64,000 nt of DNA from Candidatus Desulfolinea nitratireducens (GCA_014382535.1 JACNJN010000077.1:516-64515); one strand, 5' to 3'; counted from the first letter of the stretch, positions 25,916 to 35,510 are shown. The notes: generated by a model from the letters alone, not told the origin. Numbers and translations: made by a program.

Positions 25916-27085
25916 ATGCCTCCACGACAAAGTAGATTTTCAGAAAAAGAAAACTGGGCAGACGAAAGATGGATGGGAAGGGGCCATTTTCTTCATCACC
26001 GCCTGCGCCATAGTAGCAAAAGACGGTTTTTATGGATTCGCTTTATCGGCTTTTTTCTATTTTTAGCGCTCCCATTATTGATGGCGGGCGCCTTTTTGGG
26101 GGCTTTATTCCGTTCCGGGGATTTTACATTTGACGGCTCGCATATGCCCTTGCCTCTGTTCTTATCTCATAATCCGGGCATTTTTGTTCCCCTTTTCTTT
26201 TGCGGGATCCCGATTTTGATCATTGCAACGCTTGGCTATTTTGGTTCGCGTGCTTTTCGAAAAATGGGAACCCCCCTTGCAGACGTGATGACCGCCGCGG
26301 ATGCAGTTGCGGATGGCGATCTCACTGTTCGTGTCCCCGAGCGAGGCCCGAGCGAGATTCGCAGATTATCCGAATCCTTCAATCGGATGGTGGATGAACT
26401 GGCACACGCTGATAAACAACGCCGGAATATGACCGCCGATGTTGCCCATGAATTGCGCACCCCTCTCCATATTTTGCGTGGAAACCTGGAAGGGCTGCTG
26501 GATGGTGTTTACGAGGCGACTCCGGAGCAGATCGAATCGATGCTTGACGAAACCCGACTTTTATCCAGGTTGGTGGATGATCTTCAAACGATCTCACTCG
26601 CGGAGGGTGGGCAGTTGTACTTGAATCTGGATGAAGTAAATATCCCCGAGTTATTGGAGGATGTGCGGACCAGTTTTCTCGGTCAGGCGGATGAGGCGAC
26701 TGTTGAAATGATCGTGAATGTGGAGGACGAAGGACTTTCTATCACCGCTGATGCTGGACGTCTTGACCAGGTTTTAGGCAATCTGGTCGGGAACGCGTTG
26801 CGGTACTCACCTGCGGACAGTTGCATCCGTTTGGAAGCGGAATCCAGCCCGATGGGCGTCCGTCTCCGAATCCGCGATGAGGGAGAGGGAATCCCGTCTG
26901 AAGACATCCCCTATATTTTTGATCGTTTCTACCGTGTCGACAAATCCCGCCTTCGAACGGAGGGTGGTGGCAGCGGACTTGGGTTAGCGATAGCAAGGCA
27001 GCTGGTTCAATTGCACCATGGAACGATCAAGGTAGAGAGTGAGTTGGGGAAAGGGACGACATTTATTATTGATCTCCCCAAATAA
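25916..27085 (+). CDS. Sensor histidine kinase (2 TM, very short external loop, HAMP, HisKA, HATPase)
   Basis: H-box AHELRTPL, N-box NLVGNALRY, G-boxes IRDEGEGI and GGSGLGLAIA. It starts 2 nt after the response-regulator stop. Confidence 0.9.
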   Translation: MPPRQSRFSEKENWADERWMGRGHFLHHRLRHSSKRRFLWIRFIGFFLFLALPLLMAGAFLGALFRSGDFTFDGSHMPLPLFLSHNPGIFVPLFFCGIPILIIATLGYFGSRAFRKMGTPLADVMTAADAVADGDLTVRVPERGPSEIRRLSESFNRMVDELAHADKQRRNMTADVAHELRTPLHILRGNLEGLLDGVYEATPEQIESMLDETRLLSRLVDDLQTISLAEGGQLYLNLDEVNIPELLEDVRTSFLGQADEATVEMIVNVEDEGLSITADAGRLDQVLGNLVGNALRYSPADSCIRLEAESSPMGVRLRIRDEGEGIPSEDIPYIFDRFYRVDKSRLRTEGGGSGLGLAIARQLVQLHHGTIKVESELGKGTTFIIDLPK

Positions 27086-27086
27086 G

Positions 27087-27122
27087 AAAAAGGCTGGACT
27101 TCATCATGAAATCCAGCCTTTT
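27087..27122. terminator. Bidirectional terminator between convergent genes
   Basis: AAAAGGCTGGACTTC / GAAATCCAGCCTTTT (1 mismatch), flanked by A- and T-runs. Confidence 0.75.
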
Positions 27123-27126
27123 GGTA

Positions 27127-27588
27127 TTACTCCCCAGTCACAGTTGGATGTCCAGCTGCGTCCCAACCTTTGATACCGCCGGCAATACTGGTGACACTTC
27201 TATGCCCGGCTGCTAGCAAAATATCACGCCCAACCTGGCTGCGATTTCCAGACCGGCAGATAATTATCACTTCCTGATCGAAGGGTACCTCGCTGACGCG
27301 GGCTTCGAGCTGATCCAATGTGATCAAGGTCGCGCCGGGGACATGGTACTCAGCCCATTCTTCGGGAGTGCGTACATCAAGCAGGAAAGCGCCCTCTTCA
27401 TATTTCTCAAAAGCCAGCCCGGTATTGATCTCGGCAGGGAGCGCGTTGATCGTTGCCGGGGTTGTTGGTGATTGGGTAGCTATAAAAATTGCGATAATTG
27501 CGATTGTGACAATGGCAAGAACAATCCAAAGTTGTTGCTGATTATTCTTGGCTTTCTTGCGCAGAGCTTTCTTTTGTTTTTTTGTCAT
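27127..27588 (-). CDS. Membrane-anchored rhodanese-domain sulfurtransferase
   Basis: 153 aa. Lys-rich N-terminus plus one TM. Active-site loop IICRSGNRS. Confidence 0.85.
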   Translation of the reverse strand: MTKKQKKALRKKAKNNQQQLWIVLAIVTIAIIAIFIATQSPTTPATINALPAEINTGLAFEKYEEGAFLLDVRTPEEWAEYHVPGATLITLDQLEARVSEVPFDQEVIIICRSGNRSQVGRDILLAAGHRSVTSIAGGIKGWDAAGHPTVTGE

Positions 27589-27838
27589 AGGTTATCTCCT
27601 TTATCTATTGGATGATTAAAGAAATGAAAAAGTTGCATCAAAATTGAAGGATTTACACTTGATTATTTCTTCAGCATCACAAATTGTATTTGAGATCTAG
27701 AAAATAAAAAGATGCCCCGAACAATGCTAAAATATGCCATTGAAAAATTCAGCAAAGAAGAGCGACAGAGATATCTGAGCGGCACTGCATAATCCCAAAA
27801 TTAATTAAGATTTCCCAATAGGCCTAGGGCTTAGTCTC

Positions 27839-29092
27839 ATGAAAAACAAAAATCTGATCCGGATTTTTACTTTTAATCAAAGTTTTCACTGGTTTATGAC
27901 CGGGTTGATGATTCCCATCCTGACCTTGTTGTTATTGAAAAAAGGATTGGATTTGTTTCAGATCGGGATTGCCCTGGGTCTTTACTCAGGCATTGTGATC
28001 TTATTCGAATTACCGACGGGAGGGCTGGCAGATTCTATCGGGAGAAAACGTGTTTACCTGATTTCCTTGGTTGCTTCTATTACTGCAATGACATTTCTGC
28101 TTTTTGCGCGGAGCTTTATCACCCTTTCCACAGGGTTTGTTTTTATGGGGATCGCACGCGCTCTATCATCCGGAACCATGGATGCCTGGTTTGTGGATGA
28201 GTTCCGCAAAAATGATATCAATGGAAATTTACAGGCAGCCTTTGCCAAAGTTGGTATATTTATTCCACTTGGATTGGGAGCGGGGGCGATTTTGGGGGGT
28301 GTCTTGCCAATGTCCCTGGGAAAGATGACAGCTCGCTTACCAAATTTCGATATTTATTCCGCCAATATCCTGGTTGTTCTTTTTTTGGGAATACTTCAAA
28401 TTTACCTTACTTCCAAGTTAATTCATGACCCCAGATCTGAAGCCAGTCATTCAGGTATATTAAATGGACTCAAAGAATTTCCGCGCGTGATTTCAGATTC
28501 CATTCAATATGGTTTTAAAAATCGAATTGTTTTGTTGCTGGCTCTTTCAACTGGTGCATGGGGGTTGGGCATTTCCGGCGTTGAATTATTATGGCAGCCA
28601 CAGACCAAAATTATTCTTGGATCCGATTCGCAAACGTGGATTTTCGGCTTGATGAGCGCTGGATATTTTGTGGCCAGTGCCCTGGGCAGTTTTATCGCCT
28701 CCCCGCTCTGTAAATTTTTCAATAACAACTATCAAGGTGTATTGGCAGGAGCCCGTTTTTTGATGGGAGGCACTTTATTTATCCTCGCTTTGCAAGCGGA
28801 GATCATCGGCTTTATCGGATTTTATTGGGGACTCTTTATCTTCAATGGCATTATGAATTCCCCGCATGCGGCAATATTTAACGATAATATCCCCGAAGAA
28901 CAGCGGTCAACACTGCTTTCTTTTGAATCTGTAGTCATGCAAATGGGGGGAGTATTGGGGTCAATAGGATTGGGCTATTTATCGCAAAGTTTCTCTATTG
29001 CAATTGCGTGGTTTGTAGGCGCTGGAGTTTTGGCGTTTTCGAGTTTATTTTATATCTTTCTTCCGAAACAAACTGCGAAAATACCGGTTTGA
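27839..29092 (+). CDS. MFS transporter
   Basis: 417 aa, about 12 TM. Loop motif GGLADSIGRKRV between TM2 and TM3. Confidence 0.85.
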   Translation: MKNKNLIRIFTFNQSFHWFMTGLMIPILTLLLLKKGLDLFQIGIALGLYSGIVILFELPTGGLADSIGRKRVYLISLVASITAMTFLLFARSFITLSTGFVFMGIARALSSGTMDAWFVDEFRKNDINGNLQAAFAKVGIFIPLGLGAGAILGGVLPMSLGKMTARLPNFDIYSANILVVLFLGILQIYLTSKLIHDPRSEASHSGILNGLKEFPRVISDSIQYGFKNRIVLLLALSTGAWGLGISGVELLWQPQTKIILGSDSQTWIFGLMSAGYFVASALGSFIASPLCKFFNNNYQGVLAGARFLMGGTLFILALQAEIIGFIGFYWGLFIFNGIMNSPHAAIFNDNIPEEQRSTLLSFESVVMQMGGVLGSIGLGYLSQSFSIAIAWFVGAGVLAFSSLFYIFLPKQTAKIPV

Positions 29093-29178
29093 TATTATTG
29101 CTGAAAGAATAAAATTTGATACAAAACGCCCCCTTGCCTGATAATTCAAAGGGGCATTTTTGTTTTGCAGAAACTTGC

Positions 29179-29907
29179 TTATGATTGCCTGTCAGCCTCC
29201 TGTACCAGCGCATCAAAAAGCCTTTGTTGTGTCGGGTCGCTGGCGGCTGTGATTTCGGGGTGCCACTGGACGCCAAAGATCCAGGGCAATTCAGAGTGTT
29301 CGACTGCTTCAATAACGCCATCGGGAGCAATGGCTGAAACGCGCAGGTCAGGAGCCAGTTCTTTGATTGCCTGATGATGACCGGAATATGTAGAGACTAG
29401 ATCGGTTTGCATTGCTTTTGCTGGTAATGAGGCCGGTAGAACTATTACTGAATGGGTTGTCCAGCCGCCATCTTCCCCACGGTGGATATCCTCGGTCAGC
29501 GAATCCGCTATATGTTCATGGAGTGTCCCGCCCAGGGCAACATTGAGGACCTGCATCCCACGGCAAATGCAGAGGGTGGGTAATTCGCTTTCATCCACCA
29601 AATAATGGATCAGGGCAAGCTCCGTTTCGTCCCGCTCAGCATCAAGCTCTGTCAGTTCTGGATGCTCTGAATTACCAAAATATTCCGTTGGATAAATATC
29701 GGCTCCGCCAGTCACCAGAACGCCATCCACTCTGGCCAAAACCTTCGCTATATATTTCTCACCGGGTGGTAACAGAAGGGGAATCCCGCCTGCCCGCCGA
29801 ACTGCATCAACATAGAGCGCGGGGAGTGAGTAATGTTCTTTATACCAGGCGGTTGAGATATCCTTTTCGAAGCGTCCGTAAGTTGTCACAGCTATGATTG
29901 GTTTCAT
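29179..29907 (-). CDS. Class I glutamine amidotransferase / gamma-glutamyl-GABA hydrolase-like (peptidase C26, PuuD family)
   Basis: 242 aa. Nucleophile motif ICRGMQVLN and GVQWHPE. Confidence 0.85.
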   Translation of the reverse strand: MKPIIAVTTYGRFEKDISTAWYKEHYSLPALYVDAVRRAGGIPLLLPPGEKYIAKVLARVDGVLVTGGADIYPTEYFGNSEHPELTELDAERDETELALIHYLVDESELPTLCICRGMQVLNVALGGTLHEHIADSLTEDIHRGEDGGWTTHSVIVLPASLPAKAMQTDLVSTYSGHHQAIKELAPDLRVSAIAPDGVIEAVEHSELPWIFGVQWHPEITAASDPTQQRLFDALVQEADRQS

Positions 29908-29951
29908 TTTTGATCCTGTATTTTGACTAAATATCCATCCTAAAAATATCC

Positions 29952-29998
29952 CGTAGTGGCGACTTTAGTCGCTCTTTACGGCTGAAGCCGTTACTACA
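29952..29998. repeat. Short palindromic repeat (GTAGTGGCGACTTTAGTCGC...GGCTGAAGCCGTTACTAC)
   Basis: Nested hairpins GCGAC/GTCGC and ACGGC/GCCGT, closed by GTAGT/ACTAC. Single copy in the window. Confidence 0.5.
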
Positions 29999-30038
29999 AA
30001 AGAATTTTAGGATAGAAACAAAGGAAAACTGATCTTTT

Positions 30039-30171
30039 ATAGGTATTGGACTTACGCATTTCTACAAGCCTTGTCCCAATGCTCTGCGTTGGGGTATTGT
30101 AGTCTAAACGCAACGCAGAGCATTGCTACTAGGCATAAAAATAATTTTTGCCGATACCTATGTTAATAGCA
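30039..30171. repeat. MITE-like repeat, family B, copy 1
   Basis: Core 15-bp hairpin CAATGCTCTGCGTTG ... CAACGCAGAGCATTG with outer inverted ends ATAGGTAT/ATACCTAT. Related copies at 46681-46795 and 53295-53398. Confidence 0.8.
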
Positions 30172-30184
30172 TTCAAAAGTATAT

Positions 30185-30221
30185 CAAAAAAGAGCGCCAT
30201 ATTTATAGTGTATGGCGCTCT
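30185..30221 (-). terminator. Intrinsic terminator of the lyase gene
   Basis: AGAGCGCCATA / TATGGCGCTCT. The A-run on + gives a T-run on the minus strand. Confidence 0.75.
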
Positions 30222-30243
30222 TTCCTTTTAGACTTTAGCTGGC

Positions 30244-31659
30244 TTATTTAATTTGCTCAAATTTTGCCTGGAAGAAGCGTAAATATTCGGGTTCGTACAC
30301 CATTTTCAACCCTTTGGTTTGCTTGCGGGTGTCAAAAATATTTTTAATGCTTTCGGCAACAACATCCATATGAGCCTGGGTATAAACACGGCGCGGGATG
30401 GTCAGGCGGGTCAGTTCCAGGGCGGGATAGCGATGCTTGCCGGTTTCAGGGTTGCGGCCAGCGCTGACGACACCGCGTTCCATGGCGCGAACGCCGGAGT
30501 CGATATAAAGTTCAGCGGCCAGGGTTTGGGCGGGGAACAAATCCTGAGAGAGATGATCATAAAAACGTTTGGCATCCAGGAAAATGGCATGTCCGCCGAT
30601 GGGTTCCATGATCGGGATATCCCAGTCGAGAAGGAGTTTGCCCAAATAGCGCACCTGGCGCACACGAGAGGCGATATGATCGTCATCCACGCCCTCGGCA
30701 ATCCCGATTGCGAGGGCTTCCATATCGCGCCCGGCCATACCGCCATAGGTGTGGAGACCTTCATAGACCACGACCATATTGCGGGCCTTTTCGGCCACAT
30801 CAGCCTGGTTGACGGCCAGCCAGCCGCCGATATTGACCAGATTATCCTTCTTGGCACTCATCCAGGCCCCATCGGTGTAGGAGCAGAACTCGAGCAGGAT
30901 TTCGGCGATGGTTTTATCCTGATAGCCTGCTTCGCGCTCCTGGATGAAGAAGCAATTTTCATACATTCTGGTGGCATCCAGGTAGACCCGGATTCCAAGT
31001 TTATTGCAGAACTCGCGTAATTCTTTGGCATTGGCCATGCTAACGGGCTGACCACCGGCCATGTTGACTGTTCCGGCCAGAGAGACATAGGGAATATTTT
31101 TCGCGCCGACCTTGTCAACCAGGGCCTGCAATTTGTCGAGATCGACGTTGCCTTTGAAGGGATGCTGGGCGGTGGGATTGTGGGCCTCGTCGATGATCAC
31201 ATCCACGAAGGTTCCCCCGGCCAGTTCCTGGTGCAAACGGGTGGTCGTAAAATACATATTTCCGGGGATATAGTCGCCTTTTTTAATGATGGCCTGACTG
31301 ATCAGGTGCTCGGCGCCGCGGCCCTGGTGGGTGGGGATGATAAATTTATAGCCATAATAGGTTTGGATGGCGTTTTCCAGATGGTAAAAGTTTCGGCTTC
31401 CCGCATAGGCTTCGTCGCCCATCATGATGCCGGACCATTGACGGTCGCTCATTGCGCCAGTGCCGCTGTCGGTCAGCAGGTCAATATAAACATCTTCTGA
31501 GCGCATCAGAAAGGTGTTGTAACCCGCCTCGGCTGCGGCTTTTTGACGATCTTCTTTTGAGATCATGCGGATCGGTTCGACCATCTTGATCTTCCACGGT
31601 TCGGCCCAGGAACGGCGGCCAAATTGCTGCCCCATGGTTTGATATTTTGATTTAGACAT
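30244..31659 (-). CDS. Beta-eliminating lyase (tryptophanase / tyrosine phenol-lyase family), paralog 1
   Basis: 471 aa. EPWKIKMVEPI, DLLTDSGTGAMS and the PLP-lysine motif MSAKKD. Confidence 0.88.
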   Translation of the reverse strand: MSKSKYQTMGQQFGRRSWAEPWKIKMVEPIRMISKEDRQKAAAEAGYNTFLMRSEDVYIDLLTDSGTGAMSDRQWSGIMMGDEAYAGSRNFYHLENAIQTYYGYKFIIPTHQGRGAEHLISQAIIKKGDYIPGNMYFTTTRLHQELAGGTFVDVIIDEAHNPTAQHPFKGNVDLDKLQALVDKVGAKNIPYVSLAGTVNMAGGQPVSMANAKELREFCNKLGIRVYLDATRMYENCFFIQEREAGYQDKTIAEILLEFCSYTDGAWMSAKKDNLVNIGGWLAVNQADVAEKARNMVVVYEGLHTYGGMAGRDMEALAIGIAEGVDDDHIASRVRQVRYLGKLLLDWDIPIMEPIGGHAIFLDAKRFYDHLSQDLFPAQTLAAELYIDSGVRAMERGVVSAGRNPETGKHRYPALELTRLTIPRRVYTQAHMDVVAESIKNIFDTRKQTKGLKMVYEPEYLRFFQAKFEQIK

Positions 31660-31702
31660 AAAACCTCCGGAGGTAAGAATTGGGATATAGGAAATTGCTT
31701 TA

Positions 31703-32161
31703 TTACGGAATTGGAATTGCGGACGAGGATTTTACTTCGCTAAGCACAACCCTGGTATGGATGCGATCCACGCCATCGATAGGGGTCAGGCGATGAACGA
31801 GAAAATGCTCAAGATCGACCGTGTTTTTTGCGACGACTTTGAGCAGATAGTCATGATCTCCGGTGAGATGATGACATTCCAGCACTTCGGGCATTCCCTG
31901 GATCGCCTCGTGAAAATTTTCCACCTGGCTGACTTGATGGCGCTGCAGGCTGACGCTGACAAAACATAACAGATCGTAGCCAATCTGCTGTCGATTGATC
32001 TCGGTGGCATAACCCTTGATATATTCGCTTTCCTCAAGTCTTTTGACGCGCGTCAGGGTGGCCGAGGGGGATAGGCCCACCGAGCGGGCCAGATCAGCGT
32101 TGCTGACGCGTGCATCCAGTTGAAGCTCTCGCAGAATGATCTTATCCAGGTTGTCAAGCAT
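31703..32161 (-). CDS. Lrp/AsnC-family transcriptional regulator
   Basis: Start taken at MLDNLDKIILRELQ (32161). HTH SNADLARSVGLSPSATLTRVKRLE. The C-terminus is a RAM-like domain. Confidence 0.88.
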   Translation of the reverse strand: MLDNLDKIILRELQLDARVSNADLARSVGLSPSATLTRVKRLEESEYIKGYATEINRQQIGYDLLCFVSVSLQRHQVSQVENFHEAIQGMPEVLECHHLTGDHDYLLKVVAKNTVDLEHFLVHRLTPIDGVDRIHTRVVLSEVKSSSAIPIP

Positions 32162-32347
32162 ACAGAAGAATATACAGTAAATGAATCTATTTGTCAATGT
32201 ATGTGCTGAAGAAAAGCTTAAATACAAAATAAAATTCAGAATATTATGTATTTCACAGCTTATCCCCGGTGAGAAAATAGCACCTTAAAAGTATCTTTTC
32301 GTAGAAATTGTTGCGATAAACATCTTTAAAACATACTGTAATATATG

Positions 32348-32385
32348 TAAAAATGACTTCCGAAGTCTCGCAGACTTCGGAAGTC
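32348..32385 (-). terminator. Intrinsic terminator after lyase paralog 2
   Basis: Perfect 13-bp stem GACTTCCGAAGTC / GACTTCGGAAGTC, followed by ATTTTTA on the minus strand. Confidence 0.75.
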
Positions 32386-32393
32386 TGGCTGAC

Positions 32394-33770
32394 CTACAGC
32401 GGCTCAAACCTCGCCGTGAAGTGCTTCAAAAATTGCGGGGCGTAGGTAAATTTATAGCCACCAATTTGATCTGCGTGGGTGATGATCTTCCTGACTGTCT
32501 TGATGATATAGTCCAGATGGCTTTGGGTATAGGTGCGGCGCGGAATTGCGAGGCGGACCAATTCCAGATCGGGGTAAACCATCTCGCCTGTATCGGGGTC
32601 TTCGTAGGAGAACATCACTGACCCAAGTTCAACGCCGCGGATGCCGCCCTCGCGGTAAAGCTCCACGACCAGGGCCTGATCGGGGAATTCGGCGTGAGAA
32701 AGGTGGGGCAGCAATTTGCCCGCATCCAGATAAACCGCATGTCCGCCCGCAGGCTGGATCACGGGGACACCCGCTTCAAGCAGGCCCTTATTTAGATATT
32801 CGGTTTGACCAAGACGAGATTTCAAATATTCCTCGTTAAGTCCCTCGCGCAGACCGACCGCCATCGCATCCAGGTCTCGACCGGCGAGACCGCCATAGGT
32901 GGGGAAACCCTCGCGCATGATCAATTCGTTGCGAGCATTTTGGAAAAGTGACTCATCATTCATGCAGAGCAGGCCGCCAATATTGACGATGGCATCCTTT
33001 TTCGCAGACATGGTCATTCCGTCGGCGAGGGCAAATAATTCCCGGGTGATTTCTGTGGGGGACTTATCTTCATAGCCTGGTTCCCGCATTTTGACGAAAT
33101 ATGCGTTTTCGGCGTAGCGGGCAGCATCGATAAAGAAGGGGATCTGATTAGATCTGTAAACTTTCGCAACAGCACGCATATTTTCCATCGAGACTGGTTG
33201 CCCGCCACCGGCATTATTGGTGACGGTCATCATCCCGAAGGGGATATTCTCCGCGCCGGTCTCTTCGATAAATTTGACCAACTTCTCAATATCCATATTC
33301 CCTTTAAATGGATGCAGATTGGACGGATCGTAGGCCTCTTCAATGACCAAGTTGGTCGGGCGCCCGCCGCGCGAGCGGATATTTGCATCCGTGGTGTCAA
33401 AATGCATATTCGAGGGGATATATTGCCCCTGCTTGACGAGCAGCGTGCTCAAAATTCCCTCGGCGGCCCGTCCCTGATGGGTGGGGAGGAAATGTTGAAA
33501 ACCGAATATATCTTTTACCACCTCAGCAAGTCGAAAATAAGAGCGTGCTCCTGCGTAAGATTCATCTCCGATCATGATCGCTGCCCATTGGAAATGGCTC
33601 ATCGCACCGGTCCCCGAATCTGTCAGCATATCAATAAATATATCTTCGGCCTTTAGCGCAAAGACATTATAGCCAGCCTCTATCAGCGCAGCCTCACGTG
33701 CCTCGCGATTGATCAGGCGGATCGGTTCAATCATTTTGATGCGAAAAGGTTCGGGAATATATTCGGGCAT
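32394..33770 (-). CDS. Beta-eliminating lyase (tryptophanase / tyrosine phenol-lyase family), paralog 2
   Basis: Start taken at MPEYIPEPFRIKMIEPI (33770), with AGGAGA 7 nt upstream. DMLTDSGTGAMS and MSAKKD are present. The 85-aa N-terminal extension in the ORF track has no family counterpart. Confidence 0.88.
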   Translation of the reverse strand: MPEYIPEPFRIKMIEPIRLINREAREAALIEAGYNVFALKAEDIFIDMLTDSGTGAMSHFQWAAIMIGDESYAGARSYFRLAEVVKDIFGFQHFLPTHQGRAAEGILSTLLVKQGQYIPSNMHFDTTDANIRSRGGRPTNLVIEEAYDPSNLHPFKGNMDIEKLVKFIEETGAENIPFGMMTVTNNAGGGQPVSMENMRAVAKVYRSNQIPFFIDAARYAENAYFVKMREPGYEDKSPTEITRELFALADGMTMSAKKDAIVNIGGLLCMNDESLFQNARNELIMREGFPTYGGLAGRDLDAMAVGLREGLNEEYLKSRLGQTEYLNKGLLEAGVPVIQPAGGHAVYLDAGKLLPHLSHAEFPDQALVVELYREGGIRGVELGSVMFSYEDPDTGEMVYPDLELVRLAIPRRTYTQSHLDYIIKTVRKIITHADQIGGYKFTYAPQFLKHFTARFEPL

Positions 33771-33873
33771 TATCTCTCCTTGATTAGCTGCTCGGTACAT
33801 TTTATGATGATGGCCTTTGAAGAAAAGCGAAACAAGTTTAACACAAGTGCCCTGTCCCATGTATAATGAACTC

Positions 33874-34044
33874 ATGATCAAAAAACTGCGTTTAATTCTC
33901 GCTGTGCTGGTTTTGCTGGCCTCAATAAGTTTGCTGATCTGGGCTTCGTGGCCCTTGCTTTCTGAAAGCCGCGTAGTGCCCATCCCTCCAAATGATTTGC
34001 AGCTGCCAACGCCCAGCGCCTTCATCTATTTTTGGACGGTATGA
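33874..34044 (+). CDS. Small single-TM protein (56 aa), candidate leaderless gene
   Basis: MIKKLRLILAVLVLLASISLLIWASW. TATAAT at 33862-33867 lies 6 nt upstream of the ATG. The stop is followed 1 nt later by the start of the next gene. Confidence 0.45.
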   Translation: MIKKLRLILAVLVLLASISLLIWASWPLLSESRVVPIPPNDLQLPTPSAFIYFWTV

Positions 34045-34045
34045 G

Positions 34046-34828
34046 ATGATCCGAAATTTGAAGATCCCCTATATATTATTAATTGGATTGGGATTATTCT
34101 TCCTGGTTCAGGCTTGTGGCGCACCGATGTCCGGAGAAGCAGAATCTGCGCCGGAGGAACCAGCCGCAGAAGCTCCAGCGGAGGAGGAACCCATTGCGCC
34201 AATGGCTACAGAAATGCCTCTCCCCGTTCCGACCGCGACCCTGATCTTGCCTCCGCCAACACAGGCTGTGACAGTCTCTCCAGCCATTCCTGAGCAGCGC
34301 CGCCTGACACTGGAGTGGCCGCCCCGCATCCGTACCGGAGATTCAGATATCGTTCGTTTAACCCTCGAAATAGATGATTCGGGCAATATCGTCCCCACGG
34401 CAGAAATCGAGGGTCATGCAGTCAGCGGGGAGGTCGTCAGCATTCCCAATCTGTACGAGACACATCAGGTACTTGCCGAGGCGCGCATGGATATGGCAGG
34501 TGTGCAGGTGATCCCTGCCGAGATCGTCAGCGAGCCACTCCTTCCGGGAGAGACAGTTACCTTTTACTGGAGCGTCAGCCCGGCCGAATCCGGGGAATAT
34601 CGGGGGACAATCTGGCTTTATTTGCGATATATCCCCAGGCAGGGCGGAGAAGAGATCGTGAAAACAATTTCGGCGCAATTTATCGAAATCCGCGCGACGA
34701 CATTTCTGGGTGCCAAAGCTGGGCCAGCCCGTGTTGCAGGAGCGATCGGCTCTTTTATCGGAGCGGTGCTGGGATTCCCCTTTGTGGACGATTTTTTGAA
34801 ATTTCTGTGGAAGCGATTTAAACGGTAA
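34046..34828 (+). CDS. Putative lipoprotein with a C-terminal TM segment (function unknown)
   Basis: Start at MIRNLKIPYILLIGLGLFFLVQAC (lipobox). An Ala/Glu/Pro-rich linker follows. C-terminal hydrophobic AGAIGSFIGAVLGFPFV. Confidence 0.7.
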   Translation: MIRNLKIPYILLIGLGLFFLVQACGAPMSGEAESAPEEPAAEAPAEEEPIAPMATEMPLPVPTATLILPPPTQAVTVSPAIPEQRRLTLEWPPRIRTGDSDIVRLTLEIDDSGNIVPTAEIEGHAVSGEVVSIPNLYETHQVLAEARMDMAGVQVIPAEIVSEPLLPGETVTFYWSVSPAESGEYRGTIWLYLRYIPRQGGEEIVKTISAQFIEIRATTFLGAKAGPARVAGAIGSFIGAVLGFPFVDDFLKFLWKRFKR

Positions 34829-35087
34829 GACCCCAACAATATAGGTACTCTTCAAGGTGGAAACAAGCCAGATTTCGGGAGTGATGTCGGAAAAAACCAT
34901 CCACAGTGCAACTTCCTGATATCGTGGGGGTTAGCTGTGGTGAAATGCAAAGTATTGTGCATATATTCACAATTGGATATATATGACAAACATCATGCGA
35001 AATACAGACGTGGGTTAGTAGGGTAAAAATATTCCCTATGGTAAAATTTTTTTGCTATATTTGATATATTAAAAAAATGGAGTATTT

Positions 35088-35444
35088 ATGCAAAATCCAT
35101 GGATTTACGTTGGTATATTTGTTTTGGTCGGACTCTTAATTCCGATCGCCGCGATCGCGATTGCAGCGATTTTGGGACCCAAGAAACCTAATGCGATCAA
35201 GCAGAGCACCTATGAGTGTGGTATTGAGACAGTAGGGGATAGCTGGGTACAGTTCAAGGCTCAATATTATATTTTTGGCCTCGTCTTTCTGGTCTTTGAT
35301 GTGGAAACTGTATTTTTGTTCCCGTGGGCGGTATCTTTGAATAGCCTGCCCTTATTCGCTGTTTTTGAAGGGATAATTTTTGTTCTCATTTTGCTTGCCG
35401 GGCTGGTTTATGCCTGGAAAAAAGGAATGTTGGAGTGGGTATAA
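35088..35444 (+). CDS. nuoA: NADH-quinone oxidoreductase subunit A
   Basis: 118 aa, YECGIE motif, 3 TM, RBS GGAG. Confidence 0.92.
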   Translation: MQNPWIYVGIFVLVGLLIPIAAIAIAAILGPKKPNAIKQSTYECGIETVGDSWVQFKAQYYIFGLVFLVFDVETVFLFPWAVSLNSLPLFAVFEGIIFVLILLAGLVYAWKKGMLEWV

Positions 35445-35461
35445 ATCCTGCAAAATAATTT

Positions 35462-35510
35462 AAAAGGCTGATGGAAAAGGGATTTCCACAGCCTTTTTTG
35501 TGTGTGTGTG
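35462..35510 (+). terminator. Terminator-like hairpin plus (TG)6 microsatellite between nuoA and nuoH
   Basis: AAAAGGCTG / CAGCCTTTT stem with a 17-nt loop, a T6 run, then TGTGTGTGTGTG. Confidence 0.45.

Noticed and set aside
27644-27657. 14-nt match AAATTGAAGGATTT shared with 14221-14234, and nearly with 16930-16943
   Set aside because: A few exact 14-mer coincidences are expected by chance among all position pairs in a 64-kb window on two strands. The surrounding sequence is not similar.
30319-31020. 233-aa + strand ORF, and similar ORFs at 30411-30857, 33198-33656, 36071-36574, 38265-38816, 39785-40231, 41998-42378, 42354-42950, 50549-51124, 51680-52090 and 60355-61065
   Set aside because: All lie antisense or out of frame within long CDSs that carry strong family signatures. 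They are typical shadow ORFs of GC-skewed codon positions.
31660-31702. tnaC-like leader peptide upstream of lyase paralog 1
   Set aside because: The spacer to the asnC stop is only 43 nt and holds no ORF. Co-transcription with asnC is the simpler reading.
32394-34025. Long N-terminal extension (85 aa) of lyase paralog 2, and the 33992 start of the following + strand gene
   Set aside because: The family N-terminus begins at MPEYIPEPFRIKM with a good RBS at 33770. The + strand gene has a lipoprotein signal starting at 34046. The extensions would overlap each other and the divergent promoter.
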